Positions 1-16,299 of a stretch of DNA of 64,000 bases are shown here, in pieces. The notes under the pieces are model-generated. The model saw only the letters and a list, made by a program, of their open reading frames with translations. It searched no databases and was not told the DNA's origin. How positions within the stretch are numbered: position 1 is the first letter of the stretch; every line of letters starts with the position of its first letter. The translations under genes were made by a program, and so were the position numbers. The stretch spans positions 467,785-531,784 of the forward strand of contig NW_003314353.1 in the NCBI RefSeq assembly GCF_000143415.4, read 5' to 3'. This DNA is from Selaginella moellendorffii. Its lineage: Eukaryota > Plantae > Lycopodiophyta.

Positions 1-426
1 CTTGATGCTGTCAACAAGAAGAGGATCAGGTATGGCTGGAACGAGTTGCAGAAGCCGGAAGGGACCTCGTTTTGGAAGCTTGTTCTTGAGCAGTTTGACG
101 ATACTCTCCTACTTGCTTTTGCTCTGGCCTTCTCAGAGCTTGAGCCAGGGAGCTCCACTCAAAGCATTAATTTTTTGGAACAAACAAGAGCAGCAAGGGT
201 GGAAATTAAATGATGTTTAATAAAACTCCCTTTACTCAAAACTTCATTTCATCCTTTAAGCTTGTAATAAAGGAAATATTTTAGGTTTTCACTTGTCCTA
301 TCAGGAGAGTAGCTAGCAGTGATGCCAAACAAGGACAGCAAGGTGTAAAAGGAGCTCTATCTTCTCCAAAACTACCCACTGTTTTGGTCCTTATCCTCCC
401 AACAGAGTGGCCTTAAGTTTGGAAGC

Positions 427-1284
427 ATGGATGAGCTGAAGACGTACCTAAAACAGCAGCACCCAACCTGTATAAAGTGCAATCACGGTGAGTGCAGCAA
501 CTTCAACTACTTTAACAATGATAACATCAGCCAGCCAAGATATTGCTGCAGTCTGTGCAAGAAAAAATTCACCTATGGTGGAAAAACAAAACTAACCTAC
601 ATGAAGCAGCCAAGATCAAGCAGCACTCAGAAAGTCGACATGGCACATGAGAATAAAAAGCTCAAACACACTCTAGTTGAAGATGAGACAAAGAAGGGTT
701 TGCTGGTCCATGAAAGTGAAGTGAAGTAGAGTGGTCAACAGGTTGATAAAGCTGGGGTGGTGATCCAGGTGGAGGACAAGGAAGATCTTAACATGGATGA
801 CTTGGAGGTGGCTAGAATCATGGCATTGGTTGAGGAGAATGAAGTCCCAAACAAGGAGGAACACATCCCTCTTGCATTCCTTGAGGTGGCAGAAATTGAA
901 GTGAGTGACAAAGAGATGACTGAAATTTTATTGTCAAATCTGGAGGATGTTGATGATAAGGAGATGCTAGATCTCACATTTTAGTGGACAGAACACAAGG
1001 AAGGCTTGGCGGAAATTCAAATTGGCAATGGGGAAACAAGCCAAATCCTCCAAAAGAATGTAGACAATGAGGGTCTTGTGCTGGAGGGGGATTCTCAGGA
1101 GGAGCAGGCAGAGGCAATGGAGGAGGACATTGATTTTGCTCTCGAGCTTGAACAAGATCTCTAGGCCGAAGAAGATAAGCGAAAGGAGGAATCCATGATA
1201 CTCTGGAAAATTGAATTGGAGAAAGCTAAATGTAGTGGTGTTTTTAATGTCAAATCAAATTGGCAGAGTAGTATTATTTGTTGA
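427..1284 (+). pseudogene. Divergent Dof-type zinc-finger gene with acidic C-terminus, three in-frame TAG stops
   Basis: CIKC..NFNYFNNDNISQPRYCCSLCKKKFTYGG resembles the Dof consensus CPRC..[28 protein letters not shown]. One frame runs 427-1284 through TAGs at 727, 982 and 1162 into a Glu/Asp-rich tail. Confidence 0.65.
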
Positions 1285-1407
1285 TTGAATCAACAATCAA
1301 ATCAGCAAAATCAGGATAGAGAAAAAAAACAAATACCTCCATGTTTAGTGTATAATTTATTAATACTATTATATCCAAATACCACTTTTTTGAATTAAAG
1401 ATGATGT

Positions 1408-5150
<3,743 letters not shown>

Positions 5151-5429
5151 AATCCAATCGCCCAGTGGCAATCGTCACAAACTAAGGATTGCTGTGCCTA
5201 AATGTATCGGCATCGAACTTGCAGGGCGTCACAGAGAATGGCAGACTCTTGCTTGGGTCTGCCAGATACCAGCTGAAAATTCTTTTTACATGTGCAATAA
5301 CCGTAGTCAGCTCCTCACCTTAAACAGCAACCTAGGTTAAAAGAAGCGACTATATATAGCCGGGCATGTTACCACCTATTTCGACGCGATCGTGCGACAT
5401 TGTGTCGCGGATCCTGTGAATAGAAACCG

Positions 5430-5830
5430 ATAGTAGAATCGGGCGCTTGGATGACTTCGCTCACAGGTGGAATTCCAACTCGCATCTGTTCAATCCCTGC
5501 TGGCTCAGCTCACTGACGACTTCGATCCCAAGAACAGCGTTGCTTCCATGCGCAAGAACGGGACCCAATAACAGCAAAGCTCGGCCATTTTCTCCTCACC
5601 TCCACGTCCAGGTTGATGGAGCGGAAAACCACTTCGCTGTCGATCTCCTCTTGACCCATCTTGCAATGCCATGATCAACCCCTGGTGATCCTGCTCCTTG
5701 GCTATGAAGCAACGTTTGGATCGTTCACGTCCAGCATGAATTCGTGGCACAGCAGCGAGTCCGCGTCTCCTACCTCTCCTTTTCGTCTCCAGGATGCCTT
5801 GGATGATCGCCTTGGTGTTGGGGAGTGACG
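5430..5830 (-). pseudogene. Fragment of an unidentified gene family (paralog of 16300-17050)
   Basis: Translates NAVLGIEVVSELSQQGLNRCELEFHL*AKSSKRP, matching DAVLGIDVVSHFSQLSLRRCEVEFYSWASSSKLP at 16740-16845. Both copies also have EEID upstream. Confidence 0.55.
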
Positions 5831-6529
5831 AAATGGAAGCAAAGGTCCTGGACGAGAGGCTCGCCTGCAGTTGAGAGGAGACGAAGGCGGGAGCCGTACG
5901 GAGTGTAATTAATTTGTAATTGTGACTTTTAAGGGAGGCAAACGGCGTTGACGATGAGATACAAATGTAAGTTTCAGGTCGCCAGATCGCCTGCTGCCAA
6001 TGGTTTAGCGTTTAACATTCCACTTTTGATTTAGCTTGGTTTTGATTAATTTCCAGCAAGAGAATCTCTGGGATTTAGCTACAGCCATGGGTTTTGTGGC
6101 TTCTCAGCAAGCTGCTAGAATTTGTGGTAACCTCTAAAACTTTGCTAGAGAAATATAATTCAAATCCAGTTGTTCTTTGTTGCGTGTTCTGGGAGGGTCC
6201 ATTACTCCAAAGAAGTTCCTGGCCGAACCCCAACTTAAGCATGCAATCACCACAACTTAAAGTTCTTCCTTCAGTCTCAAGCATCTAGACTCTAACAAGG
6301 TGAGTCGTTAAGTTTTAGGATCTATCAATGCTGCAGCTCCCATGTAACGGACATACAGCAGTCTCAATGATATGCTCTCATGGCATCTTCTTCATCCTCG
6401 GGTCCAATCCATATTTAAGAATTAGTCGTATTTCATTAGAATAAAAAATTGTGCACGTCACAAGCATTGGAAACATTCATCGTCTCCAATATAAATAATC
6501 ACATCGTCTATCAAAAATCTCATTAGTTC

Positions 6530-9095
6530 ATGGCTCTCTCAGTTATTCTATACTTTCTTCTAAGTTTAAGTGTCATGTATCTCTCAGGTTTAATTACTTT
6601 TTCTTATGTAAGCCCGTGTTTGAATTTATTTCCAGGGACGAGACACCCACATTGTCTATTTGGGGAATGTGGATAAATCGCTACATCTAGATGCTGTTAC
6701 TAGCTCCCATCATGCACTCCTTCAAGGCGTTTTCGGAAGGTAAATTCAGCTGCTGTTACTAGCTCCCATCATGCACTCCTTCAAGGCGTTTTAGGAAGGT
6801 AAAGTTGAAAAGAGTATGAATTCATCCAAATTCGAGTGTGCCAGTGTCAAAGCTGCTAGAGAATCACTGGGTTTTAGCTACAGGCATGGATTCAGTGGCT
6901 TCTCGGCTTGACTAACAGAAGAACAAGCTGCTAGAATCTCTGGTAAACTCTCTTAGAAGTTTTAAAATTTTATCCACAATTGCAGGCCTCCCCAACGTGT
7001 TGTCCGTTTTTCCCAATGAAATCCACACGGTCCATACCACAAACTCATGGGAGTTTCTCGGCCTCTATTGGAAAGAACTCTTTCTTTGGTGCTAGCGAAG
7101 CTACTGAATCATCGTGGCTATGGAAGGAAGCAAAATATTGCAAAGACGTTATCATTGGTGTTTTAGATTCAGGTATTTCCCTCTTTGAACTATCTTTTGG
7201 GGATTGGTTCCATACCATGATCGGAAAAGCTTTCCGACTCTGGCCATAGTCCTGGAAAAAACCAACATGATAGAAAAAGGAGCGGAAAGGAACTTGGGAG
7301 CAATTCAACCCTTCTCACTGCAACAAGTAATTCAAGAATCACATAGTATGCTAAACATTTGTCTTTCAGGAAACTTATCGGTGCCAGATTCTTTTCCCAC
7401 GGCCTACAAGATGGTCCCAAGGCTTATGCAAAAGCACACCAAGAACTTCTTTCTCCAAGAGATGTTGAAGGGCACCGATTCGTAAAAAACACAACTGGCT
7501 TGGCCACGCAAAAGGTACTGCAAAGGGTGGCGCTCCACGCCTCGCAATCTATAAGATGTGCTGGAGAAACATTACGGACAGCATAGTGCGGTGCCCGGGG
7601 TTCTCATACTCTCAGCGCCTTTGATATGGGAATCCACAATGGCGTGGATATCTTTTCTGCGTCGATCGATGGACAGCAGCCACTGTCGATTGGTGCGTTC
7701 CATGCCATGCAGAAAGGCATTGTGGTGGTGTCTTCGGCTGGAAATTTGGGTCCTCGCTCGGTGCAAAATGTAGCCCCTTGGGTTATCGCTGTTGGAGCGA
7801 GCACTATTGATCAAACCTATTTTGGAGACCTTTATCTTGGCAACAATAAATCATTTCGAGTATTTCTCGTTACTTATAAAGAACTATTTAAATTTAACTA
7901 TCTTTGGTTTCTTTGACTAAGCAAAGAACGTTGGCTTGCCAACTTCCAACTTTTCAGCCAGGTAAAATTATTACTCTCTAGTTTGAGTTAAACAACTATT
8001 AATGCTGCAGCCAATTGTGTATGGGTTGGTCTTTGGATCCCGAGAAAGTCCAGGGCAAGATCGTGGCATGCTTGAGAGGGCCAATGCATCTAGCATTCCA
8101 ATCATTCGAAGTTTCTCAAGCTGGTGGAGCTGGGATTATCTTTTGCAACTCCACTCTTGAATTTGATCAAAATCCAGAAAATGAGTTTCTTCTTTTGAAG
8201 AGTTGGACAAGCCATCTTCTCATATATCAAATCTACAAGGTAAAACTGTTATGTTCTGCTTTTCGTTTTTTTATCTTTGTGCCTGGCAGCTTTCCTGTAG
8301 CGGATATACAGCATCAGATAACATTGAGAAATCAAAGCGTGCTCCTTACATGGCACCTTTTTCATCCTCTGGTCCCAACATCATTGATCCAGACATACTA
8401 AAGGTTTGTCAATGTTTTCTCCCGGTTGTTTTTGAAGATTTTTTGTTCGTTCAGCCCGATATTACAGCTCCAGGAGTAAATATTCTAGCAGCATACACAC
8501 AATTCAACAACTCTAAAATAGCATACATGCTTGCATCTGGAACTTCCATGTCTTGTCCTCATGTCACTGGGATTGTGCGCTACTAAAATCCTATCGTCCC
8601 ACCTGGAGTCCAGCGGCACTCCTTTGATAATCTTGAAGAACCTATAAAGAATTCATCGCTAGTTCCTGGACACCCTTTGACTATGGTGGAGGGCACGTAA
8701 ATCCAAATGCTGCTGCTATATGATGCAGATGACCAAGACTACATTGGATATCTCTGCGGTCTGGGAAACAAACAGACTGACCTTGAAATCCTCACGCAAA
8801 CTTCCGACAATCCCATAGATCTCAACTATCCATCCATTTCCATCTCGGATTTGTGCCGCAGCAAACTCGTGCATAGGTGAGTGACGAACGTGGATGATCA
8901 CGCAACGAACTACACGACCGGAGAGTGTGTCGGTGTCTGTTCATCAATCAGTTCTACGGTTCAAGCACAAGGGCGAGACTAAAGCATTCGAGGTGATATT
9001 TAGAGTGGGGGACGACTCAAACATTGATCATTTGTTTTTGGGAAGCTGATATGGAGCAATGGAAAGTATACAGTCACAAGCCCCATCGCAGTCGA
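6530..9095 (+). pseudogene. Subtilisin-like serine protease (S8 subtilase) pseudogene
   Basis: Signal-peptide exon, I9 domain (HIVYLG..SYRHGFSGFSA), VIIGVLDSG, SAGNLGP..NVAPW, PA domain, [13 protein letters not shown] and GTSMSCPHV. The GTHTASTAGG segment after RDVEGH is deleted, and there are several frameshifts and stops. Confidence 0.9.
6692..6803 (+). repeat. Tandem duplication (period 59 bp) of a subtilase exon end plus splice donor
   Basis: TGCTGTTACTAGCTCCCATCATGCACTCCTTCAAGGCGTTTT(C/A)GGAAGGTAAA occurs at 6692 and 6751. Confidence 0.9.
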
Positions 9096-9558
9096 GATGT
9101 GCTTGGGTAATCCAATGTTCTCAATTGCTCTAATTAAGAGATTAATTACGAGCATAGGCTTCTAAACACAAACTTTCCTTACCAACTATATATTTTACTA
9201 ATGAATCCTTATCAACGGGAGCAAATCTTAGCAACAATTTTATTGCTAACTTGCAAATTCAAGCAATGTTCATGCTTCATAGCCATCTTATAAGATTGTG
9301 CAACATGTGGGGTGCTTTTGTGGTGTTCATGAACTTTACTGGTGGATCAATTAGAGTTGTAAGCTCAATCACATGGTGGTGTTGCAATTAATTTTCACAC
9401 AATTTTAATAATTTTGGAAGAAGCATGAGACCACAATAACACAGATGCAAATTGAAAACTTATCACTCTTAGTCCTTTAATCTTCAATCTTGAGTACCCA
9501 CATCCTTTTTGCCAATGCCAAAACTATTTTTGCTTGTCCAACTCACAAAGCATCATGC

Positions 9559-9711
9559 TGTAGGAATAATGATGAACACGACAAGCAGTCTGAATCGTGA
9601 TCAGATCTCTGGTGATTTCTGATTTGATTGAAGTTGTATATATATACAGCCATAAATGAATCAATGTGTGTTGAAGTGAAATTCCGTTGTTCTTGCTCCG
9701 CTTTTCTTTCT
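9559..9711 (+). repeat. Copia 5' LTR (153 bp)
   Basis: Direct repeat of 14049-14201; TG..CT termini. Confidence 0.95.
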
Positions 9712-9768
9712 TGGTATCGGAGCGCTGGTTTCTGAACTCTTTCTTCTCCTTTCTTTGTGCCTCACATC

Positions 9769-12700
9769 ATGAGCTGCAGCAAAGTTGGATTGATCTTGCT
9801 TCAGGGAGTCACTGCCTTTGATGGGAGGAGAGGGTTCAACACTTGGTCCGAGAAAATGATGCGCGTGCTGCAGATGGAAGAACTCTGGGAAATCGTTTCA
9901 CCACCAACAATCACTGCAGATGCTCGTATGCGGCGAGCCCCTGCTGCGTTGGGAGCTTCAACTTCAGTGGAAGGAGAAGTCGTGGATGAAGAGGCAATTC
10001 GTGCCTCTGTTGCAGCAGCTCGACAACAGCTTGATCCAGGGGAACAAGCTGCGCTGGAGAAGAAGGAATCTCGAGCAAAAGGATTGATTCTTTCTAAGCT
10101 TGCAGATGCCCTTATGATGCATTTGCATCATAAGTGTGCTTGTGAGATCTGGGCTCATCTCCACAACAAGTATGCTGTTCTTTCCCTCTCCAAGATTAGC
10201 ATGGTCGAGACTTGCATTCGTGAGACCCGTTTTCATCCAGGCGAGAACTTTGAAGAGTTCCTCGCCAAGATGCAAGATCTGTGGATGGAGCTTGAAGGCA
10301 GTCCAGCAGCGTTCAACGAAAGCAAGAAAGTTCTGGCACTTTGCGAGGCCATGCAAGATTCTTCTTTTAGTTCTTTCGTCCCTACCGTTCGCATGATGTC
10401 GCTCAACTTTGAACAAGCTGAGCAAACTTTACGCTCGGAGCTGGCTGCGAGAGGTTTGATTGTGGACTTTGATCAGAGGCCTTCCCATGTTTTGATCTCA
10501 CAGTCTACATCAAATGCTTCTGCATCAAGCAATCAGTCAGGGACTGATTCAGCTCTGTGGGCTGGAAATCATCGAGGCAGAGGAGGCCGCGGAAGAGGAG
10601 GACGAGGCAGAGGTCGCGGGTTTAGGGGAAATCCGCAGCAGCAGCAGAATTCAGGGAATTCTGGTAAAGAAGTAGTAGTTCGGGATTGTTTTGTGGGCAA
10701 GAACAAACAGGAATGCTGGACCTGTGGGATGCCAGGGCACTACTCCAAGGATTGCCCAGTTGCAGCTTGGCTGCAGCGCATGAACATAGGGCTTGTAGCA
10801 AATGCTCAGGAAGGGGAAACACAGGAACTTGCGGCATCATCTGAGGTAGCAGTTCCAAACGTTTCTGAAAAACTGACTATCGATTCAGGTTCAGAGAGAC
10901 ACCTGATGCAAAGCGGGTCGAACTTTGTGCAGTTGCGTGCTGCAAAAGGGAAGTGCATTCGTGTGGGAGATGGAAGCATTTTACCTGTTCGCGCAACTGG
11001 GGATGTGCGAGTTCCACTGGGAAGAAAGTCTCTGCTCTTGAAGAATGCGTGGTATGTTCCAAAGATAGTGAAGAATCTGGTTTCTGTAGCCAGGCTTACG
11101 GATGAAGGTCTGGATGTGAATTTCTCCAAACATCAATGTCAAGTTCTTGCAAATGGCCGTCCATTACTGCATTTTCCCAGATGTGGTAACCTGTTTGAGA
11201 AGGAGATAGCTTCTGGAGAAAAATCGAATGCTCCTGAGATATGCATGACTGCAGATAGTTCTCTCTGGCATTCTCGACTTGCACATGCCAATCCCCCTCT
11301 CATCAGGCGTATGCAGAAGCAAGAGCTTGTGGATGGCTTCAACGACCACGTTCTTCAAAGTTCAGCAAAATGTCACACTTGCATTCTTGGCAAGCAAACC
11401 CGTCGTACTTTCAAACCTGCTGTGACCAGAAGCACTCGTCCCTTGCAGCTCATTCACTCAGATGTTTGTGGACCCATGCGACTGTTTGCTCAGAATGGCA
11501 CGAAGTATTTTGTGACATTTACAGATGATTTCTCCAGGCACACGGACGTCTTCTTTCTTCGTCACAAAGATGAAGTCTTTAGCAAATTCAAGCAATTCGT
11601 AGTAGAAGCCGAAGTGAAAACTGGTTAGAGGGTTGGTTGTTTACGTACTGATTCAGGAGGGGAATACGTCAACAAGTCCTTTCAGCAGTTCTGTGCTGAA
11701 CGAGGAATTCTTCATCAGCGCTCTTGCTCTCATACCCCTCAACAGAATGGAGTCTCTGAGCGCAAGAATAGGACAATCATGAACGCAGTTCGGTGCTTCC
11801 TTCAAGAATCAGGACTACCAAAATTCCTCTGGGCTGAAGCAGTTGGATCAGCTATGCATGTTCAAAACCTTCTCCCTCATTCTCGCAATCCCAACAAGAT
11901 CCCAGAAGAGCTTTGGACTGGTCAAAGACAATTGGTGGTGCATCTCAGGCATTTTGGTTGTTTAAGCTTTGCAAAAAGGGTGGATGAGCATCTTGGCAAG
12001 TTGGAGAGCAGAAGCAAGCTGGCCTTTCTTGTTGGATACGATTCCAATTCAAAAGGATATCGCCTGTACCAGCCTGGTAATCATCAAATCTTTGTAAGCA
12101 CTGATGTTCGTTTTGATGAAGGAACACTCTACAAAGATCATGTTCAAGAAGAAGGAAGCTCAGATCAGAACATGAACTGGACTCCGGAAGAATGGAGTTG
12201 GGATGGTGTTGAAGACGGTGATGAAGATGACGATGATCTGACAATCATCTATCCCTCATCTCCTTTAGCAGATGATCATCCAACACTAGTCTCTGGATCT
12301 TTTCTTCCTGAAGAACAGGGCGATGCTACTCATCGTGCACGAACTGGAGAAGTCGACAGGCTCACACGTGATCTACCATTCAATGTGGAGAACTATGGGC
12401 AGACATCATCTGGACGATCAGGCAGAGCACCTCATCCCAAGAAATGGTCTTTTGCAGCAACAGAAATAGCTTCTGAACCAGTCAACTTTGAGCAGGCGAT
12501 TCAAGCTCCTGATGCAGATAAGTGGATTTCAGCAATGCAAGATGAGTTGAATTCTCTTGATGAGAACCAGACTTATGACTTGGTGGAAGCTCCTGAAGGA
12601 CGTGAAGTTGTTGGATCACGCTGGGTGTTCAAGCTTCACAGAAATCCTGATGGATCAGTACAGCGTTACAAAGCAAGACTTGTTGCTCAAGGATATTCAC

Positions 12701-14040
12701 AAGTTCCTGGAGTGGATTTTGATGAGACGTTCTCACCAATTGTGAAGCAGACAAGTATCAGAATGCTTCTGTCTTTTACAGCGGAGTTTGGTTTGTGCGC
12801 ACATCACATGGACGTAAAAACAGCCTTCCTTAATGGGAACTTGAAGGAGGAGATATTTATGCGGCAACCCCCAGGCTTTGAGCTTTTTGGATCACGGTGC
12901 TCCGAACTCGTCTGCAAGCTTCGCAAGGCTCTTTATGTCCTTAAGCAGGCTTCCCGTTAGTGGTATGAATGTTTGGATTCTTTTCTTATGGATCTCGGTA
13001 TGCAGAGGTTGAACAGCGATGGAAATCTATATCTTCTTCAGCAGGGTGATCACTTTGTTGTGATAGCAGTTTATGTGGACGACTGTTTGATTGTCAGCAA
13101 CAATCACACTGTTTTGAAGGATGTGAAGATCAAGCTTATGAACAGGTTTGTGATGAAGGACTTAGGAGCTGTGCGGCAGCTGTTAGGGATGGAAGTTGAC
13201 AGGGATGAAGCAGACAGGACAATCACCCTCACACAGTGCCAATATGTGAAGAAGCTTCTCAACCAGTTCAACATGACAAGTTGCAAATCCGTGGCTACAC
13301 CAGTCGTCACTGGCATCAAGTTCACAAGCAAGATGGATGATTTATTTGATCAGCCCTCGGTCTATCGATCGCTTGTTGGAGGACTACTCTACCTCGCCAA
13401 CATGACTCGCCCTGACATCTCCTTTGCCGTTGGTCTCCTCAGCCGATACATGCAGTCTCCGAGTTGTTATCATTGGCAGATGGTGAAGAGAGTTTTGAGG
13501 TATTTGAAAGGAACAGCTGCTCATGGATTGGTTTACAAATGCTCAGGTCAATCCAAACTTGTTCTTCAAGCTTACTGCGATGCAGATTGGGCTGGCAACT
13601 TGGATACACGACATTCAACCTCCGGAATTTGCTGCATAATTGCTGGTGCTCCAGTTTCATGGGGAAGCAAGAAGCAAACAACGGTTGCTCTTTCCAGTGC
13701 AGAAGCAGAATACGTAGCTGCCAGTACAGCAGCAAGGGAGATCATCTGGCTTCGTCGATTACTTGGAGAACTCAATCAACAGCAATCAGATGCGACCATT
13801 CTGCATTGCGACAGCAGAAGTGCAATCGCCATGTCAAAGAATCCTGTGTTTCATGCTCGTACGAAACATATAGACGTGCAGCATCACTTCATTCGCGAAC
13901 ATGTAGCAGCCGGAGATCTTCACCTGGAATACGTTCCTTCACAGTATCAGTTGGCGGACCTTCTAACCAAGCCACTTTCGGAGCTCACATTCATCAAGCT
14001 GAGGAATCAACTTGGAGTGTCAAGCACACCCTCAGCTTGA
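9769..14040 (+). pseudogene. Copia gag-pol polyprotein, single frame with two TAG stops (11626, 12958)
   Basis: RGG tract, zinc knuckle CWTCGMPGHYSKDC, protease IDSGS, LWHSRLAH..CHTC, integrase LIHSDVCGP/RTDSGGEY/PQQNGVSER, RT YKARLVAQG/YVDD, RNase H YCDADWAG. ORFs 9757, 11779 and 12973 share one frame. Confidence 0.95.
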
Positions 14041-14048
14041 AGGGGGAG

Positions 14049-14201
14049 TGTAGGAATAATGATGAACACGACAAGCAGTCCGAATCGTGATCAGATCTCT
14101 GGTGATTTCTGATTTGATTGAAGTTGTATATATATACAGCCATAAATGAATCAATGTGTGTTGAAGTGAAATTCCGTTGTTCTTGCTCCGCTTTTCTTTC
14201 T
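14049..14201 (+). repeat. Copia 3' LTR (153 bp)
   Basis: Preceded by the PPT and followed by TSD CATGC. Confidence 0.95.
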
Positions 14202-14938
14202 CATGCCATATCTGAGTATAAATATCAGAAGGCTAACCTGAAAGTTACCTTTGCATTATTGGCAAAAGTAGAGGGAGGTACAGCATTGTCTTGCAAAGGA
14301 AGTTTGCAGCTGGGTGGCGCTTACAGGATGGAGCTCACAGCACCCAGCATAAACCTTGACCTGAGCTTGGACAGCATGCAGCGTCGATGAGCGGCCCAAA
14401 AACAAGAGATCACACCCATGATGTTTGCGGCAGTAGATCTCCCATGGGCAGCACTCCAGGATGCGAGCTCGCATGAGCGGCACTCACAATGGAACTCGCA
14501 GCGCTCAGCAGCAGCAGCCCATGGGTCAAAACCTTAGTAGTGTCAAATGCGCAACAACTGAAATATTGCCACGAGAGGAGCCAGCGCCCAAAAGCAAGAG
14601 CTCGCAGCCGCTCCCAGAGACACGGGAACTCGCGCCAGCCTCAATGGGCGGCGCTCCAGCAGTGTGGTTGGACTGTACGGCACCCAGAGACAGTGCTTGC
14701 TGAGTGGTGCTCTAGCGCCCATGGGCAGAGCTCATGGGTGGAGCTCACAGCACCGTATGGATAAGCAAGGATGAGTCATATGTGTAAGTTTTGATGCGAT
14801 CATGTTTTGCAAAGTAATTAAACTCTAGTAACCAATCAAACAACTCTAATGAGTTATAAATATGATTTAAATTAGTTTAAAGGGAATAAAATGGATTAAA
14901 AAATGTGAATTCATAGAATATAGAAAGGGAATACATAT

Positions 14939-15935
14939 ATCAATTAGCCCAAAAACCTTAGTTTATATATAGAAGTGAGTGGTCTAGATTGAAATTAATC
15001 TGACAGCTACCAAAATCCCACTATGCTAATATTAATATCTGGCATCATGAGTTTCCCATGTGGCTCCAAAGGATGGCATTACAGTGGTACAATGGTTTAA
15101 GCGCAGCCACTTATAGGGATTAGAGTGTTTTCCTAGACATTTTCAAACACATATTTGGATATGTTGGCGATTGTAATAATGCCTTCTAACAATTGCATTA
15201 CTGACTCAAATGATCCTTGATGAAGACGATACAATTGTTGAAAAGTATCATCACAATCGTTAGTATGTCCAAATGCACATTTGAAAATATCTAGGAGAAC
15301 ACTCCAATCCCCATGAGTGGCTGTGCTCAAACTATTATACCACTGCAACACCATTCCTTGGAGATATGTAAGAAACTCATACAAACGTTAAACATCATCC
15401 CAAAAATGATATATGGCAATCACTATGAAGTGATCGAACCAATAGTACATATCATCCCTAAAATTTCTGTAAAAGAACTTTAGCTGAACACGAGGATTAG
15501 TGCCAAGAGCAAGAGTTATACCACATGCCATGAATGCTGCCATTAACTGAGTTTTGTTGTTCAATTGCAATCACATAGCATCAAGCAATTGCATCAACTA
15601 CTGCTCCAGAGTCAAATGAGGAAATTGCTGATCTGCCATAAAGATGAATGAAAAGGAAAGATCAAAAGAAGAGAAATGAAAAAAAGTTAAAAGAAAAGGA
15701 AGATCTAAATAATGCAAAAATTAAATTTAAACCAAAATCCTAAAAGAAAAAAAACAAAAGAAAGGAAATGGAAAAAATTAGATCTAGACAATGCATATAT
15801 GAGTGCATGAAATATAGAAAGAGAATACAGAAAATATCAATTAGCCGGAAAACCCTAGTTTATATACAAGAACGAGTGGTCTGGATTGAAATCAATCCAA
15901 CAGCTGCTAAAATCCCAATACACTAATATTAGAAT
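14939..15935. repeat. Diverged ~100-bp direct repeats (14939-15038, 15836-15935) flanking retrotransposon gag-like remnants
   Basis: ATCAATTAGCC..AAAACC.TAGTTTATATA..AGAA..GAGTGGTCT.GATTGAAAT.AATC..ACAGCT occurs twice. The internal minus-strand peptide FLTYLQGMVLQWYNSL..WSVLLDIF is gag-like. Confidence 0.6.
15047..15380. repeat. Inverted repeat: 149-bp arms (15047-15195 / 15232-15380), 36-bp loop
   Basis: The arms align without gaps as reverse complements, and the mismatches are almost all transitions. Confidence 0.9.
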
Positions 15936-16299
15936 ACACCATCATGACCTCACACTTGAATATTTTAAGTATCTTTTACATTTCTGTTTTCCTAGGGTTC
16001 TTTGAAACTATAGGTGATTTGGATAGTGTTAGAGCTTGATAAGGCTATGGATTTTCACTGGTTCCAGTTGCATGGCGACAATCTTTGGCATGTGCCTTCC
16101 TCTCTACAATGGGAAGCTCGAATCACTTGCTGCTTCGAGTTGGATCCAGCAAAGCTCTCCTTCCTAGTTATGGTGCCGAAATATGAATCAGACAACAAAG
16201 ACGATGATGAGTACGATCTAAAATTCCATCCTCTCACACTCAATAGCACAACAGGCCTGTCTTGCTCGTCTCGTCACGGATGTCCTCCTCGTCAGTCTC

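Larger units (their letters stand above)
9559..14201 (+). mobile_element. Full-length Ty1/Copia LTR retrotransposon
   Basis: LTRs 9559-9711 and 14049-14201 with 1 mismatch seen. TSD CATGC at 9554-9558 and 14202-14206. PBS TGGTATCGGAGC at 9712, PPT GAAGGGGGAG before 14049. Domain order gag-PR-IN-RT-RH. Confidence 0.97.

Noticed and set aside
11626-12960. Programmed stop read-through or TAG recoding in Copia pol
   Set aside because: The stops fall inside integrase and RT rather than at the gag-pol junction, and intact genes here (FLU, TAG at 44262-44264) use TAG as a stop. Mutation is the simpler explanation.
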